Origin: Rhynchobatus australiae
Taxonomy: Eukaryota
Assembly (NCBI GenBank): GCA_034780895.1
Contig: JAUZTB010000017.1
Location: 47,183,138-47,247,137, forward strand
DNA: 64,000 nt
Reading direction: 5' to 3'
Shown here: positions 49,241 through 62,610 of the stretch, in pieces
How positions within the stretch are numbered: the first letter of the stretch is position 1
How the letters are laid out: every line of letters starts with the position of its first letter
The notes under the pieces: model-generated
The model's input: the letters and a program-made list of their open reading frames with translations, nothing else
Databases searched by the model: none
Told to the model about the DNA's origin: nothing
Translations under genes and position numbers: made by a program

Positions 49241-50149
49241 GTAACCTTGTCCGTAACATGCGCCTCTTTTCAGTCTGCGCTCTTTCTTTCGGTTTCCACC
49301 GCTTTTCTTTTCATTAGTTCTTCATTGTTGTGTGCGAGCCATCACTGGAAGACTATCCACACATCACTGCTCAAACTACCCAATCTGCCTGCATCCGGGT
49401 TGTTCTATAAAACCTCTCCCTTCCTCGGACTCAAACTAAGATCGGACTCCCTTTGCCCACATCAACTCTGGACCGCTTTGCAGAACTCGTTCAGGAAAGG
49501 ACGCTGCTTCACTTTGAAGGTGACTGATGTCACACCGATCAATTATATTTTATACAATACATATCTGTAGATATACAACAAATTTTGATGAAGGGTATTC
49601 GACCTGAAAAGTTATAAAACATTATTTAACCTTCTATCCTCGCCAGTTGGGTTTTCCCAGCATTTTCTGTTTCATTTTTGAATATTCCCGCGTGGACAGC
49701 GCAGTCAACGCAAGGTTTTGAGACAAATACCTGCTGTGATAATCATCGTAGTCCCAGATCTTTCTGTCCAGTACATGCACTCAGTGTACCACAGTGACCC
49801 GGCTCTCAATTTCCATTCTACAAGAACTACCCTCGTCTCAATCCTACCGGCATACATCACAAGAAGCTGCCGAATCATTTCAAGACGTTCACAACAACAA
49901 ACAGTATTATTCTTCTGCAGTTCTCAGCGCTTCGAACTGTTACCTCTGAGAAAGGGAGTTCTCACTGAAATAGATCGGGGACACGGACCGACGGCAATTC
50001 ATAAAACAGAGACACTTGTCAAAGGAAAATAACTGAAATGGAGACATTGCAATGAAATGCAAGGAATAAAACCGCGAAAGAAAAGCACCAAACATAAAAT
50101 TCTCTCACCACATCTGCGATTATATCTTTTAATTTCCTCGTCAGCACAA

Positions 50150-51012
50150 AATTAAGCGTCAAAAGTTTACAAAGGAACATCTAAGCAAGCCTGATGTATT
50201 TTGAAAACAGTCCTGTGGACTGATGAGGTTAAAATATAACTTTTTGGCTGCAATGAACAAAGGTTTGTTTGGAGAAAAAAGGGTGCAGATTTTAATGAAA
50301 GGAACACCTCTCGGACTGTTACGTACGGGGGTGGATCGATCATGCTTTGGACTGGTGTTGCAGTCAGTGGCACAGGGAACATTTCACTGGTGGATGGAAG
50401 AATGAATTCAATTAAATACAGCAAATTCTTGAAGCAAACATCACACCGGCTGTTAAAAAAAAGCTGAAGGTGAAAAGAGAAAGGCTTCTAGAACAGGATA
50501 GCTATCTTAAACACACCACAAAATCCACAACGGACGACCTCAAGAGGCACATGCTGAAGGATGTTCCATGGCCCTCATAGTCCCCTGACCCCAAAATCAA
50601 CGAAAATCTGTGGATCGACCTCAAAAGAGCAGTGCATGCAAGACGGCCCAAGAATCTCACAGAACCAGAAGCCTTTTGCAATGAAGAATGGGCGAAAATA
50701 CCCCAAACCAGAATTGAAAGAATCTTAGCTGGCTTCAGAAAGCATGCACAAACTGTGATACTTGCCAAAGGAGGTGTTACTAAGTACTGACCATGCAGGG
50801 TGTGCAAACTTTTGCTTGGGGCCCTTTCTCTTTTTCGTTATTTTGAATCTATAGCAGAAGGAAATAAAAAAAAGTAACCTTGCTTAAAATATTAAAGAAC
50901 TGTGTCATCTTTTACTCTAAGCCTTTTGGAAATCAGATCAGCTTTTATTCACTTAGCTATTCACAATAACAGAAATTTTGACCAGGGGTGCCCAGACATT
51001 TGCATGCCACTG
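50150..51012 (+). mobile_element. 5'-truncated Tc1/mariner DNA transposon, transposase pseudogene
   Basis: Degenerate VLWTDEVKI, GGGSIMLW, WPS.SPD..INENLWIDLKRAV, AKGGVTKY* motifs. TIR-like end ...ttgcatgccactg at 51012. Confidence 0.85.
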
Positions 51013-51395
51013 GATGTGAATTGACCAGGACAGGCTGTTGGTGATGTTCACTCCTGGGAAGTTGAATCTCTCAAAGCTATCGACCTCAGCACCGTTGCTG
51101 TTGACAGGTGTATGTAAACATCCCCCTTTCCTGAAGTCAATTACGAGCTCTTTCGTTTTTTTGACATTGACTGATAGGTTGTTGTCATGAAACCATTCCA
51201 ATAAGCTCCCTATCTCCTCCCTGTACTCCGACTTATCGCCGTTTCAGATACTGCCGACATTGGTGGTATGATCTGTGATCTTGTGGATGGAGTTAGAGCA
51301 GATTCCAGCCACACAGTCATGAATGTATAGGCAGCAGAGAGCCAAGGACGCTACCTTTTGGGGCACCAGTGTTGAGAATAATCATGCTGCAGGTA
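51013..51395 (-). mobile_element. Rex1/Babar- or L2-type LINE fragment
   Basis: EWFHDNNLSVNVKKTKELVIDFRK on the - strand. Confidence 0.7.
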
Positions 51396-54300
51396 TTGCG
51401 GAGACAGGGTCCATTTGAATATCAAAGGAATTCCTGCATAAAGTGACAATAATTGGGACACGGATCCTTGTGTAAGTTCAACACATAAAGGGACCAGTGT
51501 GAACATATGCGTGGACGAGAGAGAGAGAGAGAGGGAACAGATTTAATTGAAGAGTACAAGGGAAGACAATATTTATTTTGTTGTAAGTAACTGTGGGACT
51601 ATGCTTCATGTACAAAGAGATAAGGTGTGGTGTATCTTATGAAGTTCGCTGTGGCATTCATATTCAGGACCCGAAACAATATAAATGGAAACTGAGACTA
51701 TGATAACACTCAAAGGGACATAGCTTTTTGTGATAAGGTTATCTGAAGTGGAGACAATTCGGTTCAAATTTCACCGTGATAGGTTACACTGTGACATTAA
51801 TGGTAACAGAGTCGTCTGTCACACAGAGACAGGAGGCAGCATAATATATATGTAGAGAGCAAGGCAAGTATGATATATAGAGATCAATGCACCTTATAAA
51901 CTGAGATGGGCCACTGCAGCATACATACAGAGGCGGGGCCTGATAATTTTTCTAGAGTCACGGTTCCATGTGTTGGAAAAACAATGACAGGGTATGTCTG
52001 ACACGTGTTTAACCATTGTGATAGAAGCAAGTACAATCCTCGTGTATTCCCGATAGAGATCGTGTCCAGAATAATGAGCGATATTGTTGTATAAATATGT
52101 TTAATCGATTATATCGGATGAACATGCATCACATTCAGAAATCAGCATAAAAAATCCTGTTTTGCATTCGGTAGTACAAGGCCCAGGGTAATATAAAACG
52201 GGACAGGGCTGAGTTTCCAGAGACGTGGACTAACACATTGTTATATGTAGGAAGGAGTGTACCACCTCTCTGACCACCCACCAACCCTTCCGGTTAGCTA
52301 CCTCATACCCCGACTGTGGAAGAGTCTGACATTTTAACATTGGTCTTCTCAGTAATCCCGCATCCAGAGTGCAAGCAAGGCATTCTCCATCCCGGAGAAC
52401 TTTCTGAGGAGAGTACGAAAATATGTAGTCAGTATTGTGTAATCATACATGGTTCAGTGCAGGAAATATAATTAAACAGGCCAAATGAGATGGTAACACC
52501 AGCAGAAGTGGAAAACCTGAGTCCACAGCTCCATCCACTGGACAGACATCGCGTTCGAAAATATGTGCCAACGTGCAAATAACGGTAACCGACACGAGGG
52601 GGCGGCAGATACAAACTCCCGGTGCCTTAGTCACGCTGCGGCTGGACAAAACTCCGAGTGAGATGGCGCTTTTCAGTTGAGGTGTTACCTGTTGCCCTCT
52701 CTGATTATCTTTTACATAAACAGCCAGGGACTGATATTGCAAAATGTTAGTCAAGGCGGTATTTAACAAAGAGTGAAGGGATATTGTAATTTAAATGAAA
52801 GACCTAATTTGAAAATAGATAGATTGGTCCAGCTAAATAGTCTCATAATAACTATTTGAACAATTAAGACACATAATATAACAAAGAATGAAACAGTTAA
52901 AAAAATGAAAATGTAATCAGAGAAAAAATACAACATTTAAAGATTTCGGCCCAGAACAACTTAACAAACTGAGGAGTTCGTGCATTTATATCAATAGCAG
53001 CCAGGGGAAGATAATTGAAAAATGTACCAAATTTGCACATCGCGACACTGCTTGGACACATACAGGTTAATATACACATACACAGGATCCAGAGTAATAT
53101 AGAATGTGCCAATGCATAATTTAATAACATGTAGAGCATCAATCCCACATGACAAGAAACAAGGTTTAAACAGAAGCCTGGTATTGTTTGTGGATAGAGG
53201 AATTCAGTGTCCAGCAGCAGATACATAAACAGTATGAGCTTTGTAAACAGCATATAATGCACTACAACTCAATTAAGGCTTGGTTGAATAAAAGGACTGG
53301 CAGAGCCGACTTTCAGGAAGAAAGACAGCCAAAGCCCCAAGTCTCATAGAGTGGAAGATCAGCAGAAAACGTCAATTGTAATCTAAATCATAAAAAATCG
53401 CGTTGAATGATAACTCTGAGAAGAAGAAGGGCATTATCTAGTGCAGTAACATATTACGCCAGGCCAAATTTAAATTTAACCAGGACACGGACTGGTTTAG
53501 TATTTTTGCGGCAGGGCCCTGGATTAGATTGTTCCGTTGTTCACATTGTGCCAAACAATGGCCATTTTGACATGTCCACTGATGTTATTCGTTTCCGTAC
53601 CATGGTAATATTTTTTCGACAATTGCTCTCGTTAAAAAAAAATGATGTTGCCATCGGAGCTCGCTATGCATACGGTTCCGCGTATTTCACTGAAATCCAT
53701 TTGAGGACCCATTTCAAATTCTACCGCAGTAGCTCCAGACTGCTGCTGACGGGGCAATAGTCGTTTAGATAACCTAATGTCCCTGTTATCCTATTGGATG
53801 TAAATCACAGCTTGTTCTGTTTTCAGAAAATATGTAACTGTCCGAGAAACTTCAATTCATTTTGCGCCAGCTGCTAGTATTCTCAAAATTACCCCATCTG
53901 GTCAACTGAGGGAAATCAATAAATACATTTGTTCAAGTGTTTACTTCTGCTCGGAGCACAGCTGGACGCGGCGGAAGTTCTCATGTAACTAATCTCAGAA
54001 ATAAAAGTCTCAGATTAGAACACAGAGAGACAGAAACAGAATAAAATTTTCCCCCTCAGCGCAGAACAGATTTAGAGAGAGCGAGATGCAAATCTTCAAG
54101 CGATCCAGCATCAATGGTTAATGTTTCAGATAGTCTTCTCTCAGTTCGCGGTAAATAAATGGGGATTAAATCCGGACACAGGATGGACAAAGTTCCCCAG
54201 AATTCAGTGGGAATGGGAACACACCAACTGAAGTGTTGGAACAATTCATGCAAACCCCCTCCCCTCTCTCTCTGCTCCCGTTTGATGGGGCTACCTGTCA

Positions 54301-57300
54301 TGTCTCTCAGCAATGGTTTTACACAAATACTAAATTTCAATGTCAAAGCAATTAAATTCTCGGCCTGAACGTCAGGCCTTGTGCAGAGTTGTACAAAGTG
54401 TATCGCAACAGTTTTGCAAAAATATGTGAACTGTGCATGCCGTGCTCAAACTGAACGAAAACTCTTCTGGTCCATATTGGAATTGCCCTGTGTGCGTTGG
54501 ATGAGACGGTATAGATGAGGCTTTTCTTCTTGCCCTGGGAATGTTTTTTTTTTCCCTGAGAGAGAAGATGGAGCTTTATCATGCAGGCAAACCATGGAAC
54601 TGATTGCTGAGATATTGTAGAAGAATTGGTTTTCGATATCTATCCCACAATATCTTCATTGGAAATGTTAAAGGACATTTGCAGTCGTCTTACTCTGAAC
54701 AGATCATCTTCTTCCGCTGGTCGGAGCATTTAACGTGTTGTAAGAACTCAGCTCATCGGACGAATGTTGTTCCTTCCCCACCGTACATGGTGGGACAGCT
54801 TGAATGGACTTTGGCTTTGTTTACATTCAAGGCTTGCCCCGCCATGGACTTTTCCAATGGGATAGACTTATGGAGCTTTACTCTGTTTATTCCCAATATT
54901 TCTGTATCCTCCGGAGTACTTCAAGGAACAGTGTTGATGAACGTTACTCTGTACCTCACTAGTAATATCACTCTCCTCAGAATTATTGGAGAGAAAATGT
55001 CGGGAAAGCTCAATTTGGATTCCATGACCAGTTTTACTGTCGATTTTATGTGCAACAAACAGTCTTTTATTTCAGGAATTACAACTAAATGACCAAATGG
55101 ACACATGATATGCCACATAATTTACATTTGCTTCATGTAATTAAATCATTAATGCTGAGATGTTCACACGCACGGGCGCAATACAGAATGTGGGCGAAAG
55201 GAACATTCTTGTCAGACTCAACAGTAAGGAATGGTGGAAATATTACAATTTCAGGAGGTTACATCGGGTCAACCTGAATTCAACATTTGTCACCGGGTAA
55301 AATCACTGTGTCATCTTTTTTGAGGAACACCCTCTCTGGACACCAGTGTTCACTCCATTCATGTTTGATATTTTCACATATATTTACTTGCATTCACCTG
55401 ATGACCTTCACACAGAAGAGTTCACTCTATTAACGCAGGGTCAGTGTGAAGGTAAAGGGCGATTCTGGACACATCCAATCTTCGCTAAGCAGGCAAGACA
55501 CCTGACTGTGGTGTGTGTGACTCCCAGCATCTTGAGCTTCCTGGATCATCTGTGTCAGATAATCCCCAAACATGGAATTAAACAAAATCAAGTCTGTGAA
55601 AACCATTGTCGCCGTGCCAGCTCATTCCAAGCAATTTCATCCACCCAGTGTCCACTCGCTCAGAATGTCAGTTGAACAATTTTCAATGTAAAGACGATTG
55701 AGGTGACCAATTAGAACTTTTAATGGTAACATGAGAGAATTGCTGTTGGGCAGATATTTTATTTTGTTAGGTCCCATTTACCCACGGCAGCTGACTGCTC
55801 TCTCTCTCTTTCTCTCTCTCTCTCTCTTTCTGAGCAGCGGGCTGGAAACAACACATTAATTTCGTTGCACAGAATGCACAGATGTTTCCTTTCAGATATG
55901 TTGTGAGCTGACAATGAAAATTTGGGACTCCGGCCACAGAATTTTAAGGAGCGATGCAAACTGAGCCTGGTTGGCGTGAAAATTAAAATCAATAATAACA
56001 TCAAATACCACTCCTTTCACCATACATGTCTCATGGAATCATATTAAAAAAAACCCTTTGAAAATCCCATGAACAGTGTCTGCAATAATAAAGGCTCAGG
56101 AAGTATGAATTGTGAATGGATGAAAGAATTTTAACCCTGTCCAGTGTTCTGCCCCATTTCAGTCGTGCAGAAGACAGTGCGAGTTTGACTTATTTCACAC
56201 CTACACGGTGTGCCACTGATGTAAATAATGGCACGGAGCATCAGAAACATTGCGAGTTCGGCCAAGAGGCCCCTCGAACTTAATGCGCCATCCAACATTC
56301 ATAGAGGATCGTCCAAATTCAGTCCCATATTCTTATTCCACACATCACCTTGGGCTCCGTAAGTATCTCCTAACTCTTTTGTAAACATATTTAATAATTT
56401 GGCATTCAATTTTACTTTAAATCTCACTCTGTCCACCTCTCTACCTCATGATCTGTCCGGTGTCGAACATTTCACTGCCCTGCACAGGCAGAAGTTCACA
56501 TTGCAACTGAACGGAAACACCTGTGGATTTTGTGCAGAGAAATTAATGAGCTGGTTCCAGCCCGCTGCTCAGGGACCGAAACTAAGATGGTGATTACCAG
56601 ACAACGACTCCAAATTCTACCCAGCAACACATTAGTAATACGTGTGTACACGTCTCTATTGGCTAACAGACGGATAAATATGATTAGAAATGTCATGCTG
56701 CTGCTCTCACACTGTGGTCAGAAGGCCACTCTGTACTGAATGGCCTGTGTGGAAATGGAAGTGAAGTCAAATCCTAAGTCATCAAGTATATTCACAAACG
56801 CGTTAGAATTAGTTCCTGAGGCCAGAGGAATAATTGGAGAAGCAGAGACAAGGGACTGAATGTTCACGATCAAACAGGATCAAATTGAAGCGTGAGACAG
56901 GCTGGAAAGGCCGAATGGCCGCCTTTTCTGCATTCCTCATATTTTTGTGGTCCGTCCCACTGAATATTATTCGATTCATACTCATTCTTGCATGGAATCA
57001 TATTGAACTATGGTATTTAGTCATGCCCTGTGTAATACTTTTTGGAACCAAATAAATAGGAACATAATTTACGACGGGAAATATAAAAGAATTATGCTGT
57101 TCTCCTATTTAACGTCTATCCTTTCAGATTCCTTCTGAATACCATGAGAGATTGACTGGTCTCATATCTGTATAGAGTGTTATGACATGGAAAATGTAAC
57201 GAGAACAACAGAAAAAGATGAAGGAGAGTCAGCCCACTATTCGGACGGGGTAAGATCTTCAATAGTTCAAGACCGTAACTGTCTTGGCCTCTTTCCGTCG

Positions 57301-57849
57301 CGTTCCTGCACCTCTTGCCTCCCTTATGATTTAACTGCCAGTCAGTCTCGATCTTGAATTTCTTCAATGTTTCCACATCCACAGTTCTCGGAAGAAGAGA
57401 AGTCCAAAGTGTCACAACTCTCTGAAAGAAGATCATCCACGTCTTCGTCATCATCGACGACGATTTATTATGAATCAACACCCCCTAGTTATTTACACTC
57501 ACTGTTGTAGACTTCCATTCAGATTCTTCTCCATTAATCGTCTTCAGAATCGTTCATCTTTCAATAAGACCATCTCTCTGTTTTCTGAAATCTGGCGAGT
57601 TTTGTCCCATGCTGTAAAACCTTTTCTTTATACGTCAACCTCTACACGCAGAAATGAATTTGATGGATTGCTGCACAGCCGCCAGCAGAAGAAACCCATA
57701 CCTCACACATGGGGACCAAAATTATCTCCAGATGCGGTCCACTAGGACAATATGTAACTTCACAATGTTTATACTTAATGACACCCCATAGTCGTTAATA
57801 TGGAATGTAATTAGTTCAGATATTAAGGCTGATCAGAATCATAATTAGA

Positions 57850-58900
57850 ATCGGGTTAAGCATCACAGACGTATGTCGTGAAAATTTTTATTTTGCGGTA
57901 GTAGTAAAGTGCAAGACACAAAAACTTAAACATTGCGATTAGTTGCAAAAATAAACAGTGGAAGAGATTAATTACGAGGTGGCGTTCATAGGTTCATGGG
58001 CCATTTAGAAATCTGACGGCAGAGGGGAAGATGTTTCTGAAACGTTGAGTATTAGGCTTCAGGCTCCTCTGCCTCGTCCCCGATGGTAGTGATGTCAAGA
58101 GGGCATGTCCCAGTTTGGGAAAGTTCTTTAATGATTGATGTCGCCTTCCAGAGGCACGCCTCTTGGACAAGTCCTCGATAGCGGGGTTGGTTGTGCCCGT
58201 GATGCAGATGGCTGAGTCTACAACCCCCTGAAACCTCTTTGGATCCTGCACATTGGAGCTCTGAACAATTTATCTGCAGAAATTTCCAAGAGTATTTGAT
58301 GAAATACAAAATCTCCTCAATCTCCTCGTGAGGTAGAGGTATTGGCGTGCATAAATGTGTTGGGCTCAAGTTAGATCCTCGGAGATCTTGACGTCAAGGA
58401 ACTTAAAGCTGTTCAGCCTTTCAAGCACTAACTCTTCAATGGTGTGTGTTCTCTCGAGCTCCCCTCCCTGAAGTCGACAAACAATTCCTTGGTCTTACTG
58501 TCGTTGACTGTGAAGTTGTTGTTGCGATACCGCTCAACCAGCCGACCGATCTCATTCCTGTACGCCTCCTCATCGCGATCGGAAATTCTGCCAACAACAG
58601 TGGTGTAATCGGCGAACTTACAGATGGCGTTTGGTCTCTGTGTGGTCAGACCGTCATGAGTGAAGAGTGTACAGCAGTGGGCTATACACGCAACCTTGAA
58701 GTTGTTGATCATCAGCGAGGAGGAAAGTTTACTCCCGATCCGCACTGCCTATGGTGCCCCAATAAGCAAGTTGAGGATCCAGTTTCAGAGGGCGGACAGA
58801 GGCCTAGGTTTTGGAGGTTGTTGATTCGTATTGAACGAATGAGTGTAGAATGCCGAGCTGTAATCGATAAACAGCAGGCGAACGTACGTTTCACTGTATG
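57850..58900 (-). mobile_element. Rex1/Babar- or L2-type LINE fragment
   Basis: YVRLLFIDYSSAF, ICKFADYTTVVGRIS, SKTKELFVDFR. Confidence 0.8.
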
Positions 58901-59842
58901 TGGAGATTTTAGGAATGCGTTTGACAAGGTTCCCCGTGGTAGTCTCCTTCAGATGTTTAAAATGCATAGGATGCACTTTGACTTGGCCGTTTGGACTCAG
59001 AACTAGCTTGCACATGAAAGAAAGAGCGTAGTGGTGAATGGGACTTCTGTTTTTCTGGATGCCGTAAAGAGCGGTGCTCTGCTGGGATCCATGCTGTCTA
59101 CTTTACTGATATATAATGAGCTGGATGAAAATGTATTTGGGTGTGTGAGTAAGTCAGCAGAAGATGCAAAGATCGATGTTGTGGATAGTGTACTCGATTG
59201 CCAAAGGACATAGCAAGATACAGATGGGCTGTAGATTAAAGGTAAATAAATGTCAGATGGAGTTTAATCCGGCCAAATGTGAGGTTTCACTTCGGAATAT
59301 AAAATGTAAAGGGACAGTGTACTGTGAATAGCAATAGCTTTAACAGTATTAATATACAGACGAACCAAGTAGTCCAAGTCCATAACTTCCTGAAAATGCC
59401 TCCACTGGTTGCCTCCACTGGTTGCGAAAGAAAGCGTATGCATGCTTTCCATTCTTCTTAGAGGCATTGAATTCAAAAGTAGAGAAGTTACGTTGCAGCT
59501 TTATAAACATCTAGAGAGGCCACATCTGGAGAATTTCAATTCATTCTGGTCGACCAATGTGCAGAATAGGGCGTTGGTGTCGAAACATTTTACCTGAATG
59601 CTCCAGGGAATCGGGGCATGCAGCATGAGGGGAGGATGGAGAAATTTAGACTGTATTCTCCGGTGCTGTGGTGTCCTGGGGTGGGGTTCTGAGAGTGGTT
59701 TAAACGTATAGAGAGGCACAGATAGATAGAGATTCGGAATCCTTATTTCCCAGCGTGGAAATGTCTGATATTGGAGGGTATGCATTTAAGACGAGAGCGG
59801 TTAAATTGAAAAGAGAAGCGCTGGAAAGTTCTTAACATAGAG
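58900..59842 (+). mobile_element. Decayed CR1-like LINE
   Basis: DFRNAFDKVPRG; RGIEFKSREVTLQLYKHLERPHLE. Confidence 0.8.
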
Positions 59843-59942
59843 NNNNNNNNNNNNNNNNNNNNNNNNNNNNNNNNNNNNNNNNNNNNNNNNNNNNNNNNNN
59901 NNNNNNNNNNNNNNNNNNNNNNNNNNNNNNNNNNNNNNNNNN

Positions 59943-60995
59943 CAATACATCCGGCACGATTATTCTCAACACTGGTACCACGCAAGGCTGCGTCCGCTGC
60001 CCTCTACTCTACTCCCTGTCCACTCATGACCGTGTGGGTAGATTCTGCTCTAACTCCAGCTACAAGTTTGCAGATCATACCACCGATGACCGCCATATCT
60101 CAAACAGCGATGAGGCGGAGTACAGGAAAGAGATAAAGAGATCAGTGGAATGGTATCAAGACGAAAAACAATTCCGTCAATGTTAACAAAACAAAAGAGC
60201 TGGTCATTTATTTCAGGAAAGGGGGCCGTGTAAATGCACCTGTCGAGATCATTGGTGCTGAGGTCGAGAGAGTTGCAATTTTAAGTTCCTGGGAGTGAGC
60301 AAAAACAGCTTGTCTTGTCAAATCACGTCGATGACAGTGCCAAGAATGCTCAACAGCGCCTCTACTTCCTCAGTAAACTAAATAAATTTAGTTTGTCCCC
60401 TTTGACTCTCACCAACTTTTACTGCTGCGCCATGGTCAGCATCCTATCTGGATGTATCACGGATCGGTACGGCAACTGCTCTGCCCACGACAGCACGAAA
60501 CTGCAGAGAGTTGTCGACACAGCCCAGCGCATCACGGACATCAACCTCCCTCCTTGGAATCTGTCTTTACCTCTCGTTGTTTTGTCCAAGCAGACAGAAT
60601 AATCAAATACCCCACCTACCCAGTACATTTTTTCTTCTCTCCTTTTCAATCAGGCAGAAGATACAGGATCCCGAGGGCACGTAACACCAGACTCAGGACA
60701 TCTTTTACCACACTGTGATAAGACTATTGAACGGTTCCCTTATACAATGAGATGGACTATGACTTCACGATCCAACTTGTTGTGACCCTACACCTTATTG
60801 CACTGCACTTCCTCTTTAGAAGTGACACTTTACTTTGCACTGTTATTGTTTATACCTGTACTGCATCAATACTCTCTGCACTAACTGAATGTAACTGCAC
60901 CGTGTAATTCATTGACCTGTACGATATGCATACGATACACTTTTTTCACTGTACCTCGGTACAAGTGACAATAATAAACCTATACCAATACCAAT
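59943..60995 (+). mobile_element. Rex1/Babar- or L2-type LINE 3' part with tail
   Basis: AKNAQQRLYFLSKLNKF...NFY...SILSGCIT. 3' end aataataaacc followed by (ATACCA)n-like tail. Confidence 0.75.
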
Positions 60996-61726
60996 ATCAG
61001 CAATATTCTGTGCGGACACACCAATGGCACAAACGACAACTCCACGATAACAGACATTACACTCTTTATGTATTATTTTGAGAAATTCAGCTGTTTGAGG
61101 AATTCCCACTCTTTTGTGTTTCTTAACAGACGGATAATTATTCCTTCCGCCTATTAACTCTTCAACGATGTCTGTTATATCCAGGACATCGTACTCGCAG
61201 CCAGTTCAATCCACATATTGTCCTGCACGCGACACCAAATATATTCATTTTTTTTCATTATCTTGGGAACTAACTGCATGTTCTTTCTTCATCTGACCAA
61301 ACATCTGACCGTGGTAACGTCTCTTGACCATAATCGCCGCTGGCAACCTTCCTAATGCTGAACTTTAAAACCCCCTTTCATGTCCACAACTGTTGGGTCA
61401 CACAATGAGTTTCTCCAGTGAATCCCCGGATCCGAAGTCCCTCAATCCTGCACCATGCCATTGAATCATCTCCCTCAGAGGCATTAGTGACTTGTAACAA
61501 TTTATTTGTGTTTCTTTTGTGTTTCATTTCGACGGCTGGTTATCACTGCATCACAACAGACATTTCACTGAGCAGCCCTCCGAGTAAAAGTGGAACAACC
61601 AAAATTGATGATCATCACGGCAGATAAAGGCTGGGGAGGGGAAGAAGATGGCGTAGCAATCAACATGATTGTCCAAATTACGTAATGCAACCTTGCCAGG
61701 CAGAATGACATTGATATCTGACAGCC

Positions 61727-61764
61727 TGTCTGTCTGTTTGACTGTCTGTCTGTCTGTCTAGCTA

Positions 61765-61838
<74 letters not shown>
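61727..61838. repeat. (TGTC)n tetranucleotide microsatellite
   Basis: Direct reading, runs into a gap. Confidence 0.95.
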
Positions 61839-61938
61839 NNNNNNNNNNNNNNNNNNNNNNNNNNNNNNNNNNNNNNNNNNNNNNNNNNNNNNNNNNNNNN
61901 NNNNNNNNNNNNNNNNNNNNNNNNNNNNNNNNNNNNNN

Positions 61939-62610
61939 GTATTGCATGCTTGATATTCTTCTCAGAGGCATTGAATTCAAAAGTCTAGAAGTTACGTTGC
62001 AGCTTTATAAGCATCTAGTTAGGCCGCATCTGTAGAATTGCACTTCATTCTGGTCGACTCATACATGGAAGGATGTGGAGAATAGGGAGTTGGTGTCGAA
62101 AAATTTTACCTGAATGCTCCAGGGAATCGAGGGCATGCAGCATGAGGATGGATGGACAAATTTAGACTGTATTCTCCGGTGCTGTGGAGACATGAGGTGG
62201 GGTGTGGTGAGTGGTTTATACGTTTATGAGCGGCATAGAAAGATAGAGAGTCGGAATCTTTTCTTTTTCCCAGCGTCCAAATGTATGATATTGGAGTGTA
62301 TGCATTTGAGACGAGAGCTGTTAAATTGCAAAGAGAAGCGCTGGAACGTTCTTAACACAGAGATCTGTGGGTGATTGGAGTACGCTGCCGGGAGGCGGTG
62401 TTGGAGCAATGCCCCGCCAGGGTTGGTGGTGGGAATAAATACAGTACAGGCAGTTAAGAAGCTCAATGGTAGGCACATGAATCTGCAAGAATGGAGAGAT
62501 GCAGGCGTTGCGTAGGTGGAAAAAATAGTTTGTTAAGGCATACTTAGACCAGTTTACTTAGATCAGCACAACATTTTGGGCAGGAAGGCCTGTCCCTGTG
62601 CTGTCCTGCC
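61939..62610 (+). mobile_element. Decayed CR1-like LINE 3' end
   Basis: RGIEFKS...LVRPHL motifs and CR1 3'UTR. Closely similar to 59440-59842. Confidence 0.75.

Noticed and set aside
55160-55200. Possible V pseudogene (LYCAR on the - strand) after the second duplicated block
   Set aside because: No upstream Cys or Trp framework motifs and no RSS.
55283-55345. Possible TCR J segment after CACTGTG at 55304
   Set aside because: Poor nonamer spacing, no FGxG motif and no splice donor.
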